IMG/VR virus record: IMGVR_UViG_3300044737_000031
Coordinates: 5,060-69,059 of that record
Length of the DNA stretch: 64,000 nt
Origin: a virus
Reading direction: 5' to 3' (one strand)
Part shown: positions 8,394-18,609 of the stretch, piece after piece
How positions within the stretch are numbered: position 1 is the first letter of the stretch
Layout: the number at the start of each line of letters is the position of its first letter
Notes under the pieces: model-generated
Database searches by the model: none
What the model saw: only the letters and a program-made list of their open reading frames with translations
What the model was told of the DNA's origin: nothing
Program-made: the position numbers and the translations under genes

Positions 8394-9050
8394 TTAGGTC
8401 CAAGTGAATTTTACTTGGCCTTGCCCGCCGCCGCCGCTCTGGCCGCAACTGTCAGTGTTTCCACCGGCACCGCCGCCGCCCAAACTCGTACCATCACCGC
8501 AAGCCGTCCCGCCGGCACCACCGCCCGGCCCGGCACCCGCGCCACCGGAAACCGTGCTGTTGTTTGAACCATTGGTATTGGTATTATTGCCGCCGGTGGC
8601 CACGCCGCCCGTGCTCGGGCCTGATGTGGCCGCCGCCCCGCCGTTACCACCGCCCGCTGATAGATTGCTTGGCGCGGCAATCAGGCCGCTCAATGTAACC
8701 GTGGAAGTGGTGCCATTGGTGCCCGCGGCCGAGACTGTTCTAGTGGATAGGGCCGCCGCCGATACATAGGCCAAGCTTGCGCCATAATCGCCGGCCGAAA
8801 TAGTCACGATGGTTTTACAGTAACCGCCGCCGGCACCACCGCGGCCAGTACTTGCGCCCGTGATCAAGCCGCCTTGCCCGCCGCCGCCCCATGCTTCAAT
8901 TGTCAACGAGCTTGCGCCGGTCGGCACGGTTTCATTTCCCGATGTGCCGTTGTAAGTGTGCGTGACTGGCGAGAAAGCGCCGCCCGTGCCCATGTTGTTG
9001 CTAACGAGCACTTGGATTACGCCAGCCGCGAGAATTGAAAATAATTTCAC
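8394..9050 (-). CDS. glycine-rich adhesin/fibre-tip protein
   Basis: GTG start coupled to the fibre stop; TVPTGASSLTIEAWGGGGQGG...GGAGGGY...GGQGQVKFTW glycine-rich domain pattern. Confidence 0.75.
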   Translation of the reverse strand: MKLFSILAAGVIQVLVSNNMGTGGAFSPVTHTYNGTSGNETVPTGASSLTIEAWGGGGQGGLITGASTGRGGAGGGYCKTIVTISAGDYGASLAYVSAAALSTRTVSAAGTNGTTSTVTLSGLIAAPSNLSAGGGNGGAAATSGPSTGGVATGGNNTNTNGSNNSTVSGGAGAGPGGGAGGTACGDGTSLGGGGAGGNTDSCGQSGGGGQGQVKFTWT

Positions 9051-10795
9051 GAGAATTTTCCTGTAATCAGCCACTCGGTTGATTTGGTTTTGATGATTGT
9101 CACCACACTATCGGCCGTGATTGTCCGGCTACCGGTGCCGGCGGTTCCGTCGCCCCGGCGCAACGTATCGCTCGTGATTGCCAGAGTGATCACGCCGGCG
9201 CTGTTGTTGTTGATGATCGTGATCGTGGTGCCTATCGGAAACGCCACCGATGCATTGGCCGGTATCGTGTACGTGCGGGCCGTTACTTCATCGTGAAACA
9301 GGCTCTTGCCGGCATCGGTCAACACGAATGTGTATGCCGTATTTTGTGCGTTTTGTGGCGCGCCGCGGAAACCGATTGAGGCCACGTCTGTTGGGCCGGT
9401 GGCCGCGGAAACGATTACCTCGCCAGTGAGTGTGCCGCCGCCCAATGTCATCAATGTGCCGGACGTGGGCAATGTCACGCTCGTTGTACCGCTCAGGGTG
9501 AATGTGACGGCAAATGATCCGCTCGTGGTGAGGTTGCCGCCAAGCGTGATGGTTTTACCGCTGTTACTCACCCCGGTGCCGCCGCTCGCGCCGGCCAATG
9601 GTGTGGTGCTCAGGGTGAGGCCGTTAAAACTCGGTGAGCTTCCCGTTGTTAGGCCGGAAACATCCGCTTGCGCAATCGCAAGCAACGTTTTGACTTGTGC
9701 GCCAGTCAGATCAAGCGCATTGGCCGTGCCGCCGGTGTTGTTGCCCTTGATTGTGAGCGTGGCCATTTGCGCCAGCGCGGAATTGGATACCGAGTTGGTG
9801 GCCAGATTCGCGCCCAACAGATTTCCGGTTGAGTTGGTGAGCGCAATTACACCGCTCCCGGCCGTGATCGTGCCTAACGTGATGAAATTCCCGCCCGTAT
9901 CCCATGACGCGATTTGCAGGCCGGTTGATTCGTCCGCGTTTTTGATGATGCGCACCACTCCGCTGAATGCATCAATGGCAAAATTGAGGTTGGTTCCGTA
10001 GGCGAATTTTACGCCCGGTGAATCACTACTGCCGTTGTTGAAAATAATACCCGCCTTGCCGCTGGCGGCCGTGGCGTACGCCCACCCGCCGGCACCAAAC
10101 AACACTTGCCCGTTGCCTTTCGGGTTAATCGAAAAATCAATATCGGAACCCGAACCGTTCACCGTGAGTTGCGGAATGGTGCTTGATCCCGCCAACGTAA
10201 AATAGTTGGTTTGATCCCGGCCGATGATGGCCGATCCCAACACATCAAGCGGCACGGTAGGCGATGCGGTGCCAATGCCGAGCCGGTTATTGGCCTCATC
10301 GTACGCGCTCGTGCCGAAAAGTATCTTGCCCTTGGTTGCGTGCGCGGTGCTCATCAGTGTGAGATTGCCGCCCGTTAAGGTGTCACCCTTGAGTGTTTGC
10401 CCGCCGCTCGCGCCGGCCGCCACGATCCCGCCGGCCGCAACAAGTTGTGCGCTTGTGAGTGAGCCGCTTAATTCGGAAAAGTTGACGGTACCCGATCCCA
10501 CCAAACCGAGGTTGCCCAATGCCGTGATTAAACTGCCGGTTGGCTTAACGATTGGCGTGGAATTATAGAAACCGAGTTTTTCAGTTGTTGAGCCGCCAAC
10601 CTTCGTGCCGTTGGTGGTGCCAAGGTGCCAGATCACCGCGGCCGAGGAATCCGCGGCCGAGGTTAAGCCGCCAAAGTTCGCAATGGCTTTGCTGTTGGCG
10701 TCAACATTGGTATCCCATCGCTCGTTTGAGCTTGGCACCGCGGCCAGCGCTAAGATGGGCGCGAGGATTAACGAGAAAATCAAAGATCGTTTCAT
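9047..10795 (-). CDS. tail-fibre-like protein with N-terminal Sec signal peptide
   Basis: Fibre motifs GTKVGGSTTEKLGFY, LGIGTASPTVPLDV, GGTGVSNSGKTITLGGNLTTSG and C-terminal YTFVLTDAGK...FPIGTTITI; starts MKRSLIFSLILAPILALA|A. Confidence 0.8.
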   Translation of the reverse strand: MKRSLIFSLILAPILALAAVPSSNERWDTNVDANSKAIANFGGLTSAADSSAAVIWHLGTTNGTKVGGSTTEKLGFYNSTPIVKPTGSLITALGNLGLVGSGTVNFSELSGSLTSAQLVAAGGIVAAGASGGQTLKGDTLTGGNLTLMSTAHATKGKILFGTSAYDEANNRLGIGTASPTVPLDVLGSAIIGRDQTNYFTLAGSSTIPQLTVNGSGSDIDFSINPKGNGQVLFGAGGWAYATAASGKAGIIFNNGSSDSPGVKFAYGTNLNFAIDAFSGVVRIIKNADESTGLQIASWDTGGNFITLGTITAGSGVIALTNSTGNLLGANLATNSVSNSALAQMATLTIKGNNTGGTANALDLTGAQVKTLLAIAQADVSGLTTGSSPSFNGLTLSTTPLAGASGGTGVSNSGKTITLGGNLTTSGSFAVTFTLSGTTSVTLPTSGTLMTLGGGTLTGEVIVSAATGPTDVASIGFRGAPQNAQNTAYTFVLTDAGKSLFHDEVTARTYTIPANASVAFPIGTTITIINNNSAGVITLAITSDTLRRGDGTAGTGSRTITADSVVTIIKTKSTEWLITGKFS

Positions 10796-11424
10796 GTAAT
10801 GTTTGGCACGTACGAGTTTTGCAACGTTTGCCCGGCCACCGCGCCGGCACTTAAATTCACATAATACCCGGCGCTCGTGACGGTATCGATTGAAATTGGA
10901 TCAATATCATCCTCGCCGCTGGCCGTCTTTTTAAACACCGGCCGCCCAACGAATGTGGGCGCAACGGTCAAGCCGGTGATCGGCATGTAAATTCGAATCG
11001 CTCCGATATCCGCGCCGGCAATCACCTTGGAATGGGTTGTACCGACAAGCCGGCCAATGTATCCATCCATCACCGCAACCGCGCGCATCAAAAGCAGGAT
11101 CGTTTCCACGTCGCCATAATTGACTTTTGGCGCGCCGGTATTGGGAAAGAAATCCTTCGAAACCGCGTAATAAACCGTGCCGCTCGGTTTGGAAAACGGG
11201 ACGCTTAAAAATATTTCCCACTTGCCGCTACCGCTCACACCGGGCGCGGCCGTGTGATCTACGAAATACAACACGCCGTTGTTGTAGGCGGCAGAATTGA
11301 GCGCGGCCGGCACCGAAAAGATATCGTTAGGATTGACCGTACTCCAATCCACGATGGCATCACTGGCGATTACGCGTTGGCTCGCGTTAGCAACAATTGC
11401 TTGGGCGGTTCGGATTTGTGCCAT
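10792..11424 (-). CDS. tail fibre adaptor/anchor-like protein
   Basis: Position after J; N-terminus resembles fibre attachment domains; no signal peptide. Confidence 0.5.
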   Translation of the reverse strand: MAQIRTAQAIVANASQRVIASDAIVDWSTVNPNDIFSVPAALNSAAYNNGVLYFVDHTAAPGVSGSGKWEIFLSVPFSKPSGTVYYAVSKDFFPNTGAPKVNYGDVETILLLMRAVAVMDGYIGRLVGTTHSKVIAGADIGAIRIYMPITGLTVAPTFVGRPVFKKTASGEDDIDPISIDTVTSAGYYVNLSAGAVAGQTLQNSYVPNIT

Positions 11425-11463
11425 GGGTGGTGGTTTCTATTTAATCGATCCGCAAAAAGTATC

Positions 11464-11487
11464 GAGCCTCAATTGAGGCTTTTTCCT
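11464..11487. promoter_or_regulatory. palindrome A, GAGCCTCAATTGAGGCTTTTTCCT
   Basis: Perfect 16-bp palindrome at 11465-11480 between J and the adaptor gene; identical 24-mer at 26734 and, inverted, at 38638. Confidence 0.75.
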
Positions 11488-14400
11488 CACGGGTTGCCGC
11501 GGCCGCCCACTTCCACATCGTACGTTCCGACTGTTAGCCCCGAATCGGTCATGCCGGCCTTATAGCCAATCAGTTTGATCGTCTTATTGCCAAACACGCT
11601 GATGTTTGCGCCCGGAATGAATGTGGTGCCGGTTGGTGTCGCGCCCGTGTGGGTTGGCGTGGTGCCATCGGTTGTGGCGAAAATAGTTGAGCCGGATGTT
11701 GCGCAACTGACGGGCACATTCTTTGCGCCCGTGGTGGTGGTGTAGTAACCGGGCGCGAGGCCGAGCGCCGGGTTGGCCACCACCGTTCCGCCGGCCGTTG
11801 TAAACGCCACGCTCAACATGGTGCTCACCCAACCCAATTTCACCGCAAAAGCCTTGAGCGTGATGTTGCCCGAAATTGCCACCACTCCGGTAATGGCGTT
11901 GATCTTGACCGTGGTACCCGTCGGATTTAATCCGGTATCCCACGCCGGCGTTGTGCCATCCAGCGTGTAAAAAAGAATGCTGTACGGAGTGGGCGCGGTG
12001 AGATTGATGTTGCCTTGGTACGCGCCGGCTTGATCAGTCACCGGCGCGGCAATCGTTCCGTTGATAGCGCCCACATCAACCGTGTGGCCGGTTTGCGGCC
12101 CGGCCTTGGTCTTTTGGTTTCCCTGATTATCCACGCCCCATGGCGCGTTGGCGAATGTGGCCGCGCCAATCCAAATCGCTCCAAACGTGGTTGAGTCTAA
12201 CGGATCGGACAAACCAACATAAAACGATGCGCCGGCCGTGCCGCCAATCTGCATTGAGCCATCAGGATTCAACACCATGACATTTGGCGCGGTGCCAAGC
12301 GTTACTTTTCCGGTGGCATCATCCACCACGAATTTGCCGGCCACGTTAATTGCGCCGCCGAAAATTCCCGCGTACGCCTCAAGATGGCCGAGGCCGGCCG
12401 CATCCACGTAAATGCGCCAACCCGAAACGCCGGCCACATAATTGGCGCTCTTGATCACGCCGGGGATGCCGCCCAAATCCTGACCAATGATAATGGTTTG
12501 GCCAAGGATCGTGCCGCCCACGATCTTATCGGCCACCAACGTTTGAATCTTGGCGCTTGTCACGGCCAAGTTGGCGATGTAAGCCGAGCCGATCAGCGCG
12601 TTGGCCATCGCGTTCCACGCCAAATCGTGAATGCCGGCATCGTTGGCGTTGGTGGCGATGATAAATTGTCCATCGGTCAAGCTCGGCAACGCATCGCTCG
12701 CCGAATAAACCGCGCTCACCCCATCCCAATAAACGTATTGCAAGTTGGTGCTACCGGCCGCGATGGCGTACAGCGCGCCCTGATAAACGAGCGTGTGTGC
12801 ACTCCATGAGATATACCCGGCCGCACTAACGAGGCCGTTTTGATTGTCGAACCATGCCGCGCCTTGCAAGGCCACGGTGTTGGTAAACATCTTGGTGATA
12901 TCAACCGCGAAACTGGAAATATCAGTGTTGCCGATCGTACCGGTGGTGGCCGTGGCCATTGCGCTGAATGGGCTGAGATTGCCGAAACTATCCTCGGCCT
13001 TGAGCCAATAATATTTGGTGGCCGGCGGTGGATCAGTCACCACGCGGGTAAAGGTGGTGTTATTCTGGCCGAGCACCGCCACTTCCACGGCCGTGGATGA
13101 ATCGTTGGTGGCGCTTTCAAACACGTGAATGGCGGCCAGATCAACCACGGACGGATTGCGCCATGATCCAAACACTTGCTTGAATGATGCGGATACCGCG
13201 AAAGCATCCGGTGCCGGCGGTGCCGGGTTGGACACATCCAAAAACGAATCACTGTGATTGTTGAAGATATCCCACGCGGCCACTTGAAAGCGGAAGTTGG
13301 CTTGTGCCACGCCGTTGTTTGCTTCCGCGTTTTTTTCGTAAGTGAGCGTGAAACTTGGCGTTTTGGTTTTCTCAGTCCAGACCGTTAGGCCATTGACGAT
13401 CATGCGCACTTCAAAGTATGCAAAGTGCGGATCATCCACGCCGGCGGCCGCGCCCGTCAAATCGTCCTGTATCTCGGTTTGATTGGCCGGCGAATTGATG
13501 CGCCACGCAAACTTGGCATCGCGTTGCTCAAAGATCGTATCGTGCGCAAGGCCGATCAGCTCAAGGCCGTTGACGACAAAGAGCGGCAACGGGTTGGCCA
13601 GTGTCACGGTAAATTCCGCATCCACCGGCGCGGAAAATCCGCCTAACGTGTTGACGGCCAAAATCTGAAACTCGTAATGGCCCACGCCACCCACCGGAAT
13701 AACAATGCTCGGCTCGCGCGTCTTGCCGGCGTCAATCCAGTTGCCATCCTCAAAGCGCAATGAAACGTGATATTCCTTCACGAATGCGTACCGCGTGCCA
13801 TCCACCGGGTTGACCGGCGGCACCCACGTGATCACAAGATTATTGACCAGCCGGCCGGTGATATCGGTGGATGCGACTTGTTGCACCGTCACATCGCCGA
13901 TGGGCGGGCAGTTGCCGGGATCGGGCCGCGGATCGGTATCCGGCGGCTCAAGCGTTAAATTGGTTTCCACCGCATCGTATATCGCCGGGTTGTAAGTAAT
14001 CCCCGTGATTTCGGTTTTCATCAGGTCAACCATTTTCACGTTGTTGACTCTGAATAGTTCAGGCTTTAAATCGCTCGCGCTCAAAATCCACACCGATTGA
14101 TCAACCGGCGGGAAATCCAATTCAGTCACAAAGTTGATCGTGTCCGTGGTGGATGGCGTGTTGCCAACCGCAACCTCAACATTGCTTCCATCGGTGAGCG
14201 TCAAAAAGATTGTGTACGTTTTGCCGGCCTCAATCACCACCGGCGTATCCAATACCACGCCCGGCGTATCGCCCACTTTCACGCGGCCGCTGTACGGAGT
14301 GGTGCCAGTGCGAAACGGCACACTCACCGGGATCACATCGCCCGGCCGCAATGACGCGCCTTGCAAGCCGGTGCTGTATGTCAATGCCTCGGTGCGCAAT

Positions 14401-15893
14401 TGCTCTTGCATCAGCATCATGCGGCCGCGCCGGTGCGCTTGCCCGCGGCTCGTTATGCCAATGCCGGTAACGTGCAACTCGTTTTCGCCATGATCCAAGA
14501 GCGCTTGTTGATCTTCCACATACTCGGTTTTTGGCCGGCCGAAATCCGCGGGATCATTCCATTCAATCAACGCCACCGTGTGCCGCTCTTTGCGGCTCGT
14601 GGTGCTAAAATTAAAATCGCCGTTTTCAACATTGGCCGGGCCGTAGGCATCCCGATACTCGGACGGATCAACAAGCCTATCTTGCACCGGGCAAATCTGG
14701 CCGCCGATAAACGCCGGTACCGCGTTCATTGAGCCAAAGAAATCGTTTAATACCGCGATGGCATCGGCCCGGCCGGTGATCACCGTGTTGCACGTGTAGC
14801 GCGGTTCCATGCCGCCGAATCCATCCGGCACCATCGTATCGCATACTTGCGCGGCCCGGTAAAAATCCCACTTGCTCAACTTGGCGGGATCAACGTAAAG
14901 GCCGAGGCCGTTGGTTCGATCCGTCAACAAATCCCAACACACCCACGAGTTGTTTTGCGTCCATGCCTGTTTAAACGTGCCATCCCATACGCCGGCGGTA
15001 GTGCCCGGCCCGGTGGTGGCGTACGCGCGCGTATCAGGATCATAATTTGCGGGCACGCTGATGATGCGGCCGTAAACCTCAAAGGATCGGCTCGGCAACG
15101 ATGAAAATTGCGTGGAATCAAACCGCGTTGCGCAATACGAAACGAGCGGATGGGAAAGCTTCTTATCAATTACCTCGGTGTACGAATCAATGAAAGTATC
15201 GTTGCGCAATTTCAGCGTGGTTGAATCCTTCGTGACACGAGTAATGCGGATTTGCCACGGCCCCGGCTTGCTGCTATCGGCCAGATCGATGCGGTACGAT
15301 CGTGTGAAACCACCGGTGGTTTTCCCTTTGATGGTGTCATTCATCACTTCCACCCAACCGCCACCGTTAATGTTTAACTCAAATTTTACTTGAATCTTGC
15401 TGCCAGAAATGTTGCCGCTTTTCTTATCCGTCTTGAGTAACGCCGGCGTGCGAATATCGAAACGCAATGCATCCAGATTCGGGTTGGTGAATTCGCGCAC
15501 GTAGGGATTGGAAAAAGTGAGCTTCAATCCTTCCGCGGCCGTTGCTTCCTCGGATTCGAAACCAACAACCGGCAACTGATCTTGTGTGCCGGTTAAAAAG
15601 TGCACTTCCAAATCGGAAGGAATTACCGCACTCGGATTGCCCGGATGGGCCGGGTCTTGCATCGTCGCAAAGTTATTGCTCCCATCCAGATTTTGAATGC
15701 GCGTAAATTCCAGCGCAATGGATTGCATGTTGGGATGGACAAGGCCGCGGATCGGCCCGGCGCTGATAATATCTTTGATGTACGATATCTGCGTACTTTG
15801 CAGTGAATCCGGTGCCTCTTTCGGTGAGCTTCCGCTTCCGCTCTGGCCGCCTGATCCCGCCACGGCCGGCCGTGGTGCCATTAACGTTTTCAC
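11487..15893 (-). CDS. tail tip / host-specificity protein (lambda J-like)
   Basis: EAPDSLQS, ISAGPIRGL, IKGKTTGGF.RSYRI, PWQIRITRVT.DS, WDGTFKQAWTQN, PRYTCN, GITSRGQAHRRG; Fn3-like segments; two C-terminal (Y/A)TxDGTTP domains. Confidence 0.92.
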   Translation of the reverse strand: MKTLMAPRPAVAGSGGQSGSGSSPKEAPDSLQSTQISYIKDIISAGPIRGLVHPNMQSIALEFTRIQNLDGSNNFATMQDPAHPGNPSAVIPSDLEVHFLTGTQDQLPVVGFESEEATAAEGLKLTFSNPYVREFTNPNLDALRFDIRTPALLKTDKKSGNISGSKIQVKFELNINGGGWVEVMNDTIKGKTTGGFTRSYRIDLADSSKPGPWQIRITRVTKDSTTLKLRNDTFIDSYTEVIDKKLSHPLVSYCATRFDSTQFSSLPSRSFEVYGRIISVPANYDPDTRAYATTGPGTTAGVWDGTFKQAWTQNNSWVCWDLLTDRTNGLGLYVDPAKLSKWDFYRAAQVCDTMVPDGFGGMEPRYTCNTVITGRADAIAVLNDFFGSMNAVPAFIGGQICPVQDRLVDPSEYRDAYGPANVENGDFNFSTTSRKERHTVALIEWNDPADFGRPKTEYVEDQQALLDHGENELHVTGIGITSRGQAHRRGRMMLMQEQLRTEALTYSTGLQGASLRPGDVIPVSVPFRTGTTPYSGRVKVGDTPGVVLDTPVVIEAGKTYTIFLTLTDGSNVEVAVGNTPSTTDTINFVTELDFPPVDQSVWILSASDLKPELFRVNNVKMVDLMKTEITGITYNPAIYDAVETNLTLEPPDTDPRPDPGNCPPIGDVTVQQVASTDITGRLVNNLVITWVPPVNPVDGTRYAFVKEYHVSLRFEDGNWIDAGKTREPSIVIPVGGVGHYEFQILAVNTLGGFSAPVDAEFTVTLANPLPLFVVNGLELIGLAHDTIFEQRDAKFAWRINSPANQTEIQDDLTGAAAGVDDPHFAYFEVRMIVNGLTVWTEKTKTPSFTLTYEKNAEANNGVAQANFRFQVAAWDIFNNHSDSFLDVSNPAPPAPDAFAVSASFKQVFGSWRNPSVVDLAAIHVFESATNDSSTAVEVAVLGQNNTTFTRVVTDPPPATKYYWLKAEDSFGNLSPFSAMATATTGTIGNTDISSFAVDITKMFTNTVALQGAAWFDNQNGLVSAAGYISWSAHTLVYQGALYAIAAGSTNLQYVYWDGVSAVYSASDALPSLTDGQFIIATNANDAGIHDLAWNAMANALIGSAYIANLAVTSAKIQTLVADKIVGGTILGQTIIIGQDLGGIPGVIKSANYVAGVSGWRIYVDAAGLGHLEAYAGIFGGAINVAGKFVVDDATGKVTLGTAPNVMVLNPDGSMQIGGTAGASFYVGLSDPLDSTTFGAIWIGAATFANAPWGVDNQGNQKTKAGPQTGHTVDVGAINGTIAAPVTDQAGAYQGNINLTAPTPYSILFYTLDGTTPAWDTGLNPTGTTVKINAITGVVAISGNITLKAFAVKLGWVSTMLSVAFTTAGGTVVANPALGLAPGYYTTTTGAKNVPVSCATSGSTIFATTDGTTPTHTGATPTGTTFIPGANISVFGNKTIKLIGYKAGMTDSGLTVGTYDVEVGGRGNP

Positions 15894-16570
15894 AATTCGT
15901 CAATGTCCCGGCTCGTGTCGCCTAACGTGCCCGGCGAGCCGGCGTTGTTGCCATCGGACGGATCATCATCCGGTTCAATAAATCCGATTGGGTTGCTTCC
16001 CGATTTTCTTTCCTCGGATTTCACGCTTGATGATCCCACCACCGAGCCACACCACGTTTTGCCGTACACGAGCGGAATGGCCGTGCCTTGCAAAGCGATG
16101 TTGACCGGCCCGCCGAATTGGTACGATGGCTTGTTTTTAACGTTGGTTTGGTTATCCACCGAGGGCGATGGCGCAATGAGTTGAGAGATACCGCCAAGCG
16201 CCAAGCTCAACCCCAACGTGGTGAGCACACCGGTATGCAGAAAGATCACATCCGCGGCAATCAACACCACGCCAATGATCAACTCACCCCATCCCTTGCC
16301 GCTGCTTGAACCGCGCGCCACTGGCCGAAACTCAAGCGATTGGCCGTGGTGCGTCATGTCCAACTGCAATTGCCGGATGCATTCCTTGCGGCCGCCGGCA
16401 CCGATGTGAAACCGGTAATTGTTCGCGTGAAGATCAAGGATATCTCTTTTGATCCCCGGTTTCATTCGATCAATTGCGTGGATCACTTCCCGCGGTGTGT
16501 TTACATCCAACCGCCATTTGCGGCCGTATTTCCGGCCGAGCGCACCGCGCAATGTGATATCGGTAAGCAT
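15890..16570 (-). CDS. tail assembly protein (lambda I-like)
   Basis: ITLRGALGRKYG, TPREVIHAI, SYQFGGPVN...QGTAIPLVYG; position in the L-K-I-J order. Confidence 0.88.
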   Translation of the reverse strand: MLTDITLRGALGRKYGRKWRLDVNTPREVIHAIDRMKPGIKRDILDLHANNYRFHIGAGGRKECIRQLQLDMTHHGQSLEFRPVARGSSSGKGWGELIIGVVLIAADVIFLHTGVLTTLGLSLALGGISQLIAPSPSVDNQTNVKNKPSYQFGGPVNIALQGTAIPLVYGKTWCGSVVGSSSVKSEERKSGSNPIGFIEPDDDPSDGNNAGSPGTLGDTSRDIDEL

Positions 16571-17316
16571 TAAAGTGAATTGTGCCGGCAAAAGTATTCG
16601 GTGGCCTTGCCGTAGAAACCCACGCCCGGTTGGTATGCGATTATCTCACTCTTTAATCCTTCGAAGTGATGCATCAAATGGCCATCGCCTAACCATATCC
16701 CGCAATGACAGGCCGCGCCGTGGATCGGCCGCATCAACACCACGTCATTTACTTGCAACTCGTTCACCACATGAAAGCCGGCCGCATCGATATTGCCAAT
16801 CGCGATTTCCGGCGCTTTCAAAATCGTTTCGCCGCTGGCATCGCGCTGATGATGCCACCACCCGTATTCGGTTTGGAAGTACGGCAGCTTGATGCCGAGC
16901 TTTTGGCGGTAGTGATCAACGCATAGCGTCCAGCAATCAAAGACGCCAAACACAAATGGCCGGCCTAACAATGGCGCTTCCCATCCGTTCGGTTGGTAGT
17001 AATCCCATGAATCCGCCGGCGTGGCATAGATTAGCGCCGGGATTTCCCATGCTTCCGCCGTCGCCTTGTCATCCCATGACGCTTCCGGGCGCGCGTTGGG
17101 GTGAGTGTGCCAAATGCAAATGATAGCGCCGCGTTGCTCGGCCAAATCCCATTCAACTTCCGATATCTTGAAATGTTGCAACGGCTTTGGGTGCGTGTTT
17201 TCGCACTCAATAAAAAATTGCCCATCGGCCGTTTGGATCACCACCCCGCACGCCTCGCGCGGGAAACGCTCGGCCGCGGCCGCCTTGATTTGTTCCTTGA
17301 TCGGATCGGTGATCAT
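16570..17316 (-). CDS. tail assembly protein (lambda K-like, JAB + NlpC/P60)
   Basis: PREACG, WHTHP..PEASWDD (JAB); GRPFVFGVFDCWTL and HCGIWLG..LMHH (NlpC/P60). Confidence 0.92.
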   Translation of the reverse strand: MITDPIKEQIKAAAAERFPREACGVVIQTADGQFFIECENTHPKPLQHFKISEVEWDLAEQRGAIICIWHTHPNARPEASWDDKATAEAWEIPALIYATPADSWDYYQPNGWEAPLLGRPFVFGVFDCWTLCVDHYRQKLGIKLPYFQTEYGWWHHQRDASGETILKAPEIAIGNIDAAGFHVVNELQVNDVVLMRPIHGAACHCGIWLGDGHLMHHFEGLKSEIIAYQPGVGFYGKATEYFCRHNSL

Positions 17317-17317
17317 A

Positions 17318-18211
17318 TCAACCGCCTACGGGCGCACGTGAAACCGCCGGCCAAGCGGCCGTGTGAAGTGGTGCCGGCGCGAATCGCAACCCGCATGCCG
17401 GCACTGTCTTTATGCATACATCCTTTGTCCATGTGGCGGGAAAGTATCGCGGATGTTGCCCGGCCGGCGCGCCGGTTTTGGCAACGTACACCTCACGCAC
17501 TCCATTCACGAGCGTGTACACATAATCCTTGGCCGCATAAACGGTGGCACCGTTCCACGCGCCACGATCCACGAGCGGCCCCACAAAGGCCACGCCGTAT
17601 TGATCGGTTTTCGGCACGCCGGCATAGATGCAACCAATCGGCCCGCGGTAAATCCAACGGCACGCATTGGCCAAAACTTGTTGCCGCGGAATTTTCGCGC
17701 CTTCCACATCGAATGGCGCGGACAAATTAAAGCTCACCGTGTCGCGTGTTTCCGCCACCTTGGAATCAATGGCCCATGCTTCCACCGGCATTTCGGCGAG
17801 CGGATCGGCACCGGGCTGGCCGTCTAGAAATTCAAACAGCGTAAACTTTCGATAAATGATGGCATCGGCCAAATCATCGTATAACCGGCAAAGCTCGGAT
17901 ACGCGCCGGCCGGTGTAACCAACCGTGGCCAGATTGCCGATAGTGAGTGACGGCCGCGGCAGTTTGCCGCCGCTCGTGAATTCAAATCCTTCCATCATTA
18001 TCGGCACCGGCATGTAATCATCGCCTTGGAAAGTGAGCGGTGCCAAACCTTGCGCGCTGGAATTGTGAAAGTTGTAAATCGGCCCGGCCAAACCGGTGCT
18101 CGGTGAAATCATTGCGGAGATATCAACAACGAAAAGCTCAATCAGTGTGCCCGGCACCAACTGTTTGACTTTGACGGCCAGCTTTGCCGGCACTTGTGGC
18201 CCAACGCTCAT
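17318..18211 (-). CDS. minor tail protein (lambda L-like)
   Basis: IELFVVD, GFEFTSGGKLPRPSLTIGN, IPRQQVLANACRWIYRG..C.Y, DVCIKTVPACGLRF. Confidence 0.92.
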   Translation of the reverse strand: MSVGPQVPAKLAVKVKQLVPGTLIELFVVDISAMISPSTGLAGPIYNFHNSSAQGLAPLTFQGDDYMPVPIMMEGFEFTSGGKLPRPSLTIGNLATVGYTGRRVSELCRLYDDLADAIIYRKFTLFEFLDGQPGADPLAEMPVEAWAIDSKVAETRDTVSFNLSAPFDVEGAKIPRQQVLANACRWIYRGPIGCIYAGVPKTDQYGVAFVGPLVDRGAWNGATVYAAKDYVYTLVNGVREVYVAKTGAPAGQHPRYFPATWTKDVCIKTVPACGLRFAPAPLHTAAWPAVSRAPVGG

Positions 18212-18258
18212 GCCGCCGACTTTAGCGCGAGCGGCCGCGGTTGCCAGCCGCTTTTACA

Positions 18259-18606
18259 CTATGACGTGTTGAAGATTTCGAATTTAGCGTTTAACCCGGC
18301 AATCAATCCGCCCTCGTACATCCAATCGTATTCCTCACACGTCCATTGCTGTTGCGTGGTGATCGGCGGTACCGGCGGTGTCCAAAGGAATGGCATCCCA
18401 TCGCGCGCATCGAGAAAATTGTACGCAGCTTGCAACTCGGTAAACTCAATCCCGCGAATTTGCACACCGTAAGTGACGGGCGCTCGGTTGCGGCCTTCTG
18501 GCGCAATCTGTTTGTATCCGTACCCGAATTGCACGGTACGGTTTTGTTTCTTAACGCTTCCGGCCGTTGGCGAGCTAACCGGCCATGTCCAATCATCGGC
18601 GGGCAT
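18259..18606 (-). CDS. minor tail protein (lambda M-like, distal tail)
   Basis: VQFGYGYKQ...G.N, FLDARDG.PFLWTPP. Confidence 0.9.
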   Translation of the reverse strand: MPADDWTWPVSSPTAGSVKKQNRTVQFGYGYKQIAPEGRNRAPVTYGVQIRGIEFTELQAAYNFLDARDGMPFLWTPPVPPITTQQQWTCEEYDWMYEGGLIAGLNAKFEIFNTS

Positions 18607-18609
18607 ATT

